Assembly: GCA_001512745.1 (NCBI GenBank)
Contig: LFSM01000075.1
Span: forward strand, 3,727 to 67,726
Length of the DNA: 64,000 bases
Origin: Clostridiales bacterium DTU032
GTDB lineage: Bacteria > Bacillota > Clostridia > Saccharofermentanales > DTU023
Reading direction: 5' to 3'
This document shows, one piece after another, positions 57,839-64,000 of this stretch. Under the pieces are notes generated by a model, which saw only the letters and a program-made list of their open reading frames with translations, was not told the origin of the DNA and ran no database searches. The first letter of the stretch is position 1. Each line of letters starts with the position of its first letter. The translations under genes were made by a program, and so were the position numbers.

Positions 57839-57875
57839 AGCCCTGATCAACTCATTTGAGTGGCAGGGCTTTTTT
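57839..57875 (+). terminator. Rho-independent terminator after tRNA-Ala
   Basis: The stem AGCCCTG...CAGGGCT has an inner ACTCA/TGAGT pairing and is followed by TTTTT. Confidence 0.75.
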
Positions 57876-57903
57876 GTTCAAGGATTTGTTACAAGGAAGC
57901 TTT

Positions 57904-59118
57904 ATGGATCTGCAGGAATTAAAAATAGCGGCACAGGATGGTCAGGAAGCAAGGGAACGAAAATCTCAGGGGATCAAAGCTGCCGTCCTGGGGATCAGCC
58001 TCAATATTTTCTTGGCCCTAAGCAAAATTCTAGCCGGGTATTTATCAGGCAGTGTCGCTATAAGTGCAGATGGCTGGAATAATGTGTCGGACGCTTTTTC
58101 TTCCTTAGTTACTATGCTTTCCTTTGTTTACTCCAGCAAGCCGGCTGATAAAGAACACCCCTTCGGACATGCCAGGTCAGAATATATAGCTTCTTCTATC
58201 ATTGCCCTGGGTATGTTAGTCGTCGGTTTAGCTTTGGGACGTCAATCTATTCTACGAATCATCACACCTCAGGATTTGGATTTTGGTCTTTTATCTTTTT
58301 TTTCTCTCGGAATATCCATAACTGTCAAAGCTTTCTTGTATTTTTACTATAGTGTGCGGTCCAGGCGCCTATGCTCACCGGCCATGCGTGCCAGTGCCAA
58401 AGATAGTATGGCAGATGTTGTAACCACACTGGCAGTACTGTTTTCAACAATACTCTTTGCAGTCTGGGGTATAAATCTCGATGGTCTTACCGGTTTGCTT
58501 GTCAGTTTATTCATATTATGGTCTGCCATAGACATTATGCGCAACATGGTTAACCGTTTGATGGGTTCTCCTCCCTCAAACGAATTGGAACAACACATAA
58601 TTGATGAAATAATGGGAGCAGATTCCAGAATACTAGGCATACACGACCTTTTACTGCACGATTATGGGCCGGGCAATATGCATGCCTCTGCCCACGTCGA
58701 AGTTGACAGTAAGTTAAGTTTTGTGTCAGCACATCTATTACTTGATCGCATTGAGAGAAGGTTTTTCGAAGACTATGGCCTGGATATCGTCCTGCATGCC
58801 GATCCCACGACTATAAAAGATCCATTTAGCAATCAGTTGTCTGAACTACTTCAGAAGACTGCCCGCGATATTGATCCGAATCTGAATGTACACGATCTGC
58901 AGCAGTTTGAGACTGCAGATGAATATATTCTTGCTTTTGATGTTTCTCTGCCGGACAATCTTACACAAAGTGATGACGAAATTCGCGATAAGTTCCGTCT
59001 GGCTGTAAAAGCAGAGTATCCTGAACTCACTCTCTATATTGCTGTCGAACGGGCCTATCAGACTAGCAGCAAAGAACAAATTCCCGCTGATATCGATCCA
59101 GTGTTCAAGGAAGAGTAA
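57904..59118 (+). CDS. Cation diffusion facilitator (CDF) family transporter
   Basis: It has six TM helices, with LAGYLSGSVAISADGWNNVSD (the TM2 metal site) and the HADP cytoplasmic domain. The start is moved to ATG 57904 (AAGGAAG SD) because the track start 57856 lies inside the tRNA terminator. Confidence 0.82.
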   Translation: MDLQELKIAAQDGQEARERKSQGIKAAVLGISLNIFLALSKILAGYLSGSVAISADGWNNVSDAFSSLVTMLSFVYSSKPADKEHPFGHARSEYIASSIIALGMLVVGLALGRQSILRIITPQDLDFGLLSFFSLGISITVKAFLYFYYSVRSRRLCSPAMRASAKDSMADVVTTLAVLFSTILFAVWGINLDGLTGLLVSLFILWSAIDIMRNMVNRLMGSPPSNELEQHIIDEIMGADSRILGIHDLLLHDYGPGNMHASAHVEVDSKLSFVSAHLLLDRIERRFFEDYGLDIVLHADPTTIKDPFSNQLSELLQKTARDIDPNLNVHDLQQFETADEYILAFDVSLPDNLTQSDDEIRDKFRLAVKAEYPELTLYIAVERAYQTSSKEQIPADIDPVFKEE

Positions 59119-59269
59119 TCAGCAGTTACCGGCAAGTTTTCTTAGCCTTCCTGCCAGGACCTCTTCGCCCAAATTGACTGTCTTTGCTAATTGAATCCAC
59201 CCAGCTCTTTTGATAAGCTAATGCAGAGGGTGTCTTCTATATTTTTTTCTTGAAAAGCGAGGTGTTTGT

Positions 59270-61012
59270 GTGAAACAACTAATGTCCGGGAACGAAGCAG
59301 TGGCCCGTGGTCTTTACGAGGCCGGAGTGAAAATTGCCAGTGCTTATCCGGGAACTCCGAGTACAGAAATTATTGAAAATCTAAGGCAATATCAAGGAGT
59401 TTATTCTGAATGGGCGCCTAATGAAAAAGTCGCTACTGAAGTTGCTTATGGTGCTTCCATTGCCGGAGTGCGTTCCGTTTCTATAATGAAGCATGTTGGC
59501 ATAAACGTTGCAGCTGATCCTATGTTCAATGCCGTCTATGATGGAGTCGAAGGCGGTTTTGTAATCATTTCTGCAGATGATCCCAGTATGCATTCATCGC
59601 AGAACGAACAGGATAACCGTCATTACGCACGTGCTGCCAAAATGCCGATGTTTGAGCCCTCCGACAGTCAGGAATGTCTCGACATGATCCGGGAGGCTTA
59701 TCAGGTCTCTGAGCGCTTCGATACACCTGTGCTTTTCCGCATGACCACCAGAGTCTGCCATTCCAAAAGTCTCGTCGAGTTTGGTCAGCCTTTGCAAGTT
59801 GAGTCAATCCCCTATAAAAAGAATCCTGCGAAATATATCAGTTCTCCGGCTAATGCCATGGTACACAGGCAGCTACTGGAAGAAAGGCTGCAGGCCATGG
59901 CTGAATACAGTGACAAAGCTGAATTCAACAGAATGGAGATCAACGACAGAAAGTTCGGTGTCATCGCTTCCGGCATATCTGTGCAGATCGCACGTGAGGT
60001 CTTCCCTGCTGACTATTCCTTCCTCAGTCTGGGTTTTACCTATCCTCTGCCAGAAAAGCTGATCCGCAGCTTTGCCGAGCAAGTGGAAGAGATCTATGTG
60101 CTGGAAGAACTTGATCCTTTCCTCGAAGAGCAGATCAAAGCTCTGGGCATAAAGGTCACAGGCAAGGATATTTTCCCCAATATGTTTGAACTTAATCCAG
60201 CAATCGTGCGGGAAAGCTATTGGGGAGAAAAACAGGAATCTGTTGATCTGGATGTAGATATGGTTGCCAGACCACCCTCACTTTGTCCGGGTTGTCCGCA
60301 TCGTGGCTTCTTTTATACGATACGAAAAAAGAAAAATGCTGTTATCGCCGGTGATATTGGCTGCTATACCTTAGGAGGTTCACCACCCCTCGCTGCCATC
60401 GATTCTGTCATTTGCATGGGGGCCGGTTTCTCTGCTGCCATGGGCATGGCCAAAGCCTTCGAAGTCAGCGGTGTGGATAAAGTCGTCTTTGGTGTGGTTG
60501 GTGACTCCACCTTTTTCCACAGCGGAATTACCGGAGCTATTGAAATCCTTTACAATAAGGGCCGTGTTATTCCGGTGGTGCTGGACAACAGCACCACCAG
60601 CATGACAGGGCAACAGGATAATCCGGGAACAGGCCTGACACTTTCCGGAGAAATTGCTGAAAAGGTCTCGATCGAAGCACTTTTCAAGGCGATCGGCTTC
60701 GCAAAAGTGATCACTGTGGATCCGCAGGATCTGACAGCCATGGAAGCCGCTATTGATGAGGCAATTGCTGCTGAGCAAGCCTGTGCTATGATCGTCAAAC
60801 GCCCCTGTGTCCTCATAAAAAACATTGAACATGATTTCAAACTCTGCGTAGTCGACCGCGACCTTTGCACCAGTTGCAGACGCTGTCTCCGGGTTGGCTG
60901 TTCAGCTATTTATTATGTTGACGGCAAAGCCTACATTGATCCCGCTCTATGTACAGGCTGCACTGTCTGCATGCAGGTTTGCAATTTCGATGCCATCAGT
61001 GTAGTTGACTGA
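59270..61012 (+). CDS. iorA: Indolepyruvate:ferredoxin oxidoreductase alpha subunit
   Basis: LMSGNEAVARGLYEAGVKIASAYPGTPSTEI, the TPP-binding GDSTFFHSG and two C-terminal 4Fe-4S motifs (CTSCRRC, CTGCTVCMQVC) are present. It uses a GTG start after GAGGTG. Confidence 0.88.
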   Translation: MKQLMSGNEAVARGLYEAGVKIASAYPGTPSTEIIENLRQYQGVYSEWAPNEKVATEVAYGASIAGVRSVSIMKHVGINVAADPMFNAVYDGVEGGFVIISADDPSMHSSQNEQDNRHYARAAKMPMFEPSDSQECLDMIREAYQVSERFDTPVLFRMTTRVCHSKSLVEFGQPLQVESIPYKKNPAKYISSPANAMVHRQLLEERLQAMAEYSDKAEFNRMEINDRKFGVIASGISVQIAREVFPADYSFLSLGFTYPLPEKLIRSFAEQVEEIYVLEELDPFLEEQIKALGIKVTGKDIFPNMFELNPAIVRESYWGEKQESVDLDVDMVARPPSLCPGCPHRGFFYTIRKKKNAVIAGDIGCYTLGGSPPLAAIDSVICMGAGFSAAMGMAKAFEVSGVDKVVFGVVGDSTFFHSGITGAIEILYNKGRVIPVVLDNSTTSMTGQQDNPGTGLTLSGEIAEKVSIEALFKAIGFAKVITVDPQDLTAMEAAIDEAIAAEQACAMIVKRPCVLIKNIEHDFKLCVVDRDLCTSCRRCLRVGCSAIYYVDGKAYIDPALCTGCTVCMQVCNFDAISVVD

Positions 61013-61051
61013 GTCTTTTTAGGGCAGGAAAAAGAGAAAGAAGGATATTTG

Positions 61052-61657
61052 ATGAGTGAAACAGTCAAAAGTATCGTATTAATCGGCGTCGGCGGACAAG
61101 GAACAATTTTAGTCAGCAAGGTCCTCACTACAGCATTGGTCACAGCCGGCTTCGATGTGAAAATGAGCGAAATCCACGGCATGGCCCAACGTGGCGGCAG
61201 TGTTTCCACACAAATCCGCTATGGCAAAAAAGTCTACTCGCCTCTGATCGGTGTCGGTGAGGCTGATATCCTGCTGGCTTTCGAGCGTATGGAAGCTGTC
61301 CGCGGGGCTGCTCTTTTGAAAAAAGATGCTCTGATAATTGTAAATGATTACACTATCATACCGCCTCCGGTGGCCTCAGGTACTGCAGTCTATCCCGACA
61401 ACTGTATCGACGCCCTGAGAGAAAAGTTCAAACTTATCGCCTTCAATGCAGCCCAGGTTGCCGAAGAACTAGGCAACCCGCGTGTAATGAACGTCGTTTT
61501 GCTGGGGGCTATGGCTGAAGTCTTGCAGCTGGACAAGCTGGATTGGGAGACCGCTCTCAAGGTGAATGTTCCGGAACGCTTTATTGAGATAAATCAAGAA
61601 GCTTTTAAACGCGGACGCGAACTGGCCCGCAGCGAGGAGGAAGCTTATGCTCCCTGA
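61052..61657 (+). CDS. iorB: Indolepyruvate:ferredoxin oxidoreductase beta subunit
   Basis: IVLIGVGGQGTILVSKVL and SEIHGMAQRGGSV are present. It lies directly downstream of iorA. Confidence 0.88.
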   Translation: MSETVKSIVLIGVGGQGTILVSKVLTTALVTAGFDVKMSEIHGMAQRGGSVSTQIRYGKKVYSPLIGVGEADILLAFERMEAVRGAALLKKDALIIVNDYTIIPPPVASGTAVYPDNCIDALREKFKLIAFNAAQVAEELGNPRVMNVVLLGAMAEVLQLDKLDWETALKVNVPERFIEINQEAFKRGRELARSEEEAYAP

Positions 61658-62864
61658 TCTGCCTTTTATTCTAAATCAAGAAGCTCTGCATAATGGTCAG
61701 CAGCGCTCTGTCATCCGAGAATTGTTTGATTACGGTCAAAGCAAGGGCAGGGAGATCGGGGCCGAAAATATCTTTGACTTCAGTATCGGCAATCCCAGCA
61801 TTCCTCCGCCGGCGGAAGTCCAGCAAGCATTTCTCAAACTTCTGCAGGAAAGAGACCCAAAGGCATTGCACGGCTACACCAACAGTGCCGGCGATATAGG
61901 AGTCCGCCAGACAATTGCAGCTTCCTTCAACAAGCGTTATGGCAGTAATTATTCAGGCAACAATATTTTCATGACCTGTGGGGCTGCTGCTGCTCTTTCA
62001 GGCTCCTTTCGTGCCTTATCGGAAGAAGGCCGAAACAATGAATTTATAGTACTGGCTCCATATTTCCCTGAGTATAAACCTTACATTGAAGGTCAGAAGG
62101 GTAAACTTGTAGTCATTCCGGCCTGCCCTCCGGATTTCGGCATTGATCTGGAAGAAATTGAAAAGAGAATTAACCCTGACACCCGGGCTATTGTGATTAA
62201 TTCTCCAAATAATCCCAGCGGCAAACTATATAGTGAACAGGAACTTGCAGACCTGGCTAAGCTCCTGAGACACAAATCTCAGGAGTATAATCGTCCGATC
62301 TTTATTGTTTCGGATGAACCTTATCGTGAACTGGTCTACGATGGTAAAGTCGCGCCTCATATTCCTGCCATCTATGAATACACGATTATGACCTACTCTT
62401 ACAGCAAATCTCTTTCTATTCCCGGAGACCGCATCGGCTATGCCCTGGTAGCTCCTAATTTTAAAGGGCATGAACTGCTTTTCGCAGCTATTGGCGGTGC
62501 CTTGCGTGGCATGGGCTATGTTTGCGCTCCTAGTCTCCTCCAGCATATGGTCGGACTTACTGTTGATATTAAAACTGATACCAACACCTATGATCTGAAC
62601 AGACAGCTTCTTTACAAGGGTTTGCGTGAAATTGGCTACGAAGTCCTGCTGCCGGAAGGAGCATTTTACCTTTTTATGAAAGTTCCCGGAGGTGATGCTC
62701 CCGCTTTCTCTGATTATCTGCGCGACACATATAACGTCCTTGCTGTTCCTTCTGACAGTTTCGGCTGTGAAGGCTACATGCGTGTTTCTTATTGTGTAGA
62801 TACACAGACAATCAAAGACGGATTAAAGAGATTTGAAGCCGCCTATGAAAAATGGGCGAAATAA
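61647..62864 (+). CDS. Class I/II PLP-dependent aminotransferase (aspartate/aromatic type)
   Basis: GYTNSAGD and NSPNNPSG are present, and the PLP-lysine context is YSYSKSLSIPGDRIGY. It overlaps iorB by 11 nt. Confidence 0.85.
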   Translation: MLPDLPFILNQEALHNGQQRSVIRELFDYGQSKGREIGAENIFDFSIGNPSIPPPAEVQQAFLKLLQERDPKALHGYTNSAGDIGVRQTIAASFNKRYGSNYSGNNIFMTCGAAAALSGSFRALSEEGRNNEFIVLAPYFPEYKPYIEGQKGKLVVIPACPPDFGIDLEEIEKRINPDTRAIVINSPNNPSGKLYSEQELADLAKLLRHKSQEYNRPIFIVSDEPYRELVYDGKVAPHIPAIYEYTIMTYSYSKSLSIPGDRIGYALVAPNFKGHELLFAAIGGALRGMGYVCAPSLLQHMVGLTVDIKTDTNTYDLNRQLLYKGLREIGYEVLLPEGAFYLFMKVPGGDAPAFSDYLRDTYNVLAVPSDSFGCEGYMRVSYCVDTQTIKDGLKRFEAAYEKWAK

Positions 62865-62865
62865 T

Positions 62866-62910
62866 ACAGGAAGCCTAAACTCGCTGCTCCAGCTTCCTGT
62901 TCTTTTTTTT
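62866..62910 (+). terminator. Rho-independent terminator of the ior-aminotransferase operon, embedded in the 3' end of the convergent gene
   Basis: The stem ACAGGAAGC / GCTTCCTGT has a 17-nt loop and is followed by TCTTTTTTTT. The T-run is the complement of the KKK codons of the minus-strand gene. Confidence 0.6.
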
Positions 62911-64000
62911 CCAATATCGTCTGAAATACGGCCTGCCTTTGTAATCATACTCGAGAGGATTTTCATGCACTTCTTCTATGACCTTATTGTGCAGCTCTGT
63001 TTCTGCCTCTAAGGCCCTGGCCTGTATCTCAGCCAGCATCCTGTCAGGAGTGTTTGGAGCCAGTGCACTGACTTCATTAAGCAAAGCGTCTTCAATCTGA
63101 TCCCGCTCTGACTGATATTCTTTCCAATCAATTAACTGTTTCAGAACTGACCGGTAAACCTTCTCCTGCCGCTCCCAGTAAGCTACAGCCTCTTCTGTCT
63201 CATCTTCTGAAAAGCTAAGATAATCAGGCTCGATCATCCACCAGGGTTTGAACAAACTCAGACAAGGAGCAGAACTGCCCGTGATCCAGTAAGTATCACG
63301 CCTTACTCCATGGTTAGTTCCTCCTCCTTCCGGGAAAGCAAGTTCTGCAATAAAACTGCCTGTAGTCTGATCACCAATTAAACTGCCGGCATGCATACAA
63401 ATACTGGAAACCGATGCTGTCTGATAAGGTTTTTTTTCGAACTTGGCAGTATGACTGCGCAATATATCCATCATGCCCTCGACAGTTATACTGCCTTTGC
63501 TCTCTTCAAGTGTCGTGCGTGAACAGTGTTCCCGTCTTGCTGCACCGCTAAAACCCGTCACTAGTTGATTGGTATAGCAGCGCGCGAAATCAAAGTCTTC
63601 CTCACTCCGGCACCAGCCTTTATCAATTGCATGATGAACAAGATCCGGATGCGCGCGGTCGTAATCCCTGCCGATAGTGAGCCGGTTAGAGATGGCATAT
63701 ACATCTTGAACTCTTTTAGCTGCCCAGTACTGCCCTGCAGTTTCCAGTACCCAGGCAGACGAGCGGTCAGCGATCAGGTATGAGTTGTCATAGCGAAAGT
63801 TTTTGTCATAGCCACAGTTGCCCCCCTGACCATGACTGGCAAGCAAGCTGATTACACAGTTAAGAGCTTCCTCGGCATTCCGGCTGCGCTCCAGTGCCAA
63901 ACGCAGCAGATCCATGCCGATCAAGGCGTTTTCTCCGGCTTTTTCCTTGGTGAAGACCGCTTCATTACCAATCACAAGGCCGTACTCATTGCAGCCCATC
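62875..64000 (-). CDS. C69-family (secernin-like) peptidase, N-terminus beyond the right window edge
   Basis: NEYGLVIGNEAVFTKE...LIGMDLLRLALERSRNAEEAL..LLASHGQGGNCG...SYLIADRSSAWVLETAGQYWAAKR resembles the secernin/C69 core. The frame is still open at 64000, so the Met at 63999 is probably internal. Confidence 0.65.
   Translation of the reverse strand, partial: MGCNEYGLVIGNEAVFTKEKAGENALIGMDLLRLALERSRNAEEALNCVISLLASHGQGGNCGYDKNFRYDNSYLIADRSSAWVLETAGQYWAAKRVQDVYAISNRLTIGRDYDRAHPDLVHHAIDKGWCRSEEDFDFARCYTNQLVTGFSGAARREHCSRTTLEESKGSITVEGMMDILRSHTAKFEKKPYQTASVSSICMHAGSLIGDQTTGSFIAELAFPEGGGTNHGVRRDTYWITGSSAPCLSLFKPWWMIEPDYLSFSEDETEEAVAYWERQEKVYRSVLKQLIDWKEYQSERDQIEDALLNEVSALAPNTPDRMLAEIQARALEAETELHNKVIEEVHENPLEYDYKGRPYFRRYWKKKNRKLEQRV

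Noticed and set aside
57856-57903. The N-terminal extension of the CDF transporter ORF given in the ORF track. Analogous extensions occur at 3012 (glyQS), 4219 (gmk), 9165 (rimI), 21945 (yfbR-like), 23116 (dgt-like), 26215 (OPT transporter) and 29072 (aldolase).
   Set aside because: The extensions overlap an upstream terminator or the upstream gene. They lack SD sites and add non-conserved residues. Internal starts with good SD sites match the family N-termini.

Overview
This is a 64-kb chromosomal segment from a moderate-GC Gram-positive organism, probably Clostridia-like. That assignment is inferred from several features: the yicC-remA-gmk-rpoZ gene order, an hrcA-grpE-dnaK-dnaJ operon behind a perfect CIRCE element, split gcvPA/gcvPB, dockerin and cohesin-type modules, and strong AGGAGG-type Shine-Dalgarno (SD) sites. 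I count about 63 protein genes, roughly 80% on the minus strand, plus one tRNA-Ala(GGC). I recognised no rRNA, CRISPR array, transposase, integrase or phage gene. Most of the window is housekeeping: ppdK, glyQS, uvrC, tsaBE-rimI, rplM-rpsI, folC, pcrA, hpf, gap, the glycine-cleavage operon, the heat-shock operon, hemW, glnS and iorAB. I moved several ORF-track starts to internal starts that have SD support and abut the upstream stop codon. Three places look worth a second look as poorly described systems. (1) 51817-53684 is a tight three-gene module: a DUF5685-like protein, a J-domain protein ending in a 10-Cys 'cysteine string', and a polytopic membrane protein. (2) 17366-21123 holds a membrane-anchored protein with a cohesin-like module next to a GH73 peptidoglycan hydrolase that ends in a clear type-I dockerin. 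Both sit in a long cell-envelope gene string that also carries an AsnB-like enzyme with a degenerate glutaminase domain. (3) 28002-33509 is a terminator-insulated divergent cluster with two near-identical palindromic operators. It encodes a TetR regulator, a class II aldolase with a C-terminal extension, a long HemL-like class III aminotransferase, an FGGY kinase and a GtrA protein whose initiation region is perfectly duplicated (36 bp x2). All functional calls rest on motif recognition by eye. No database search was run.
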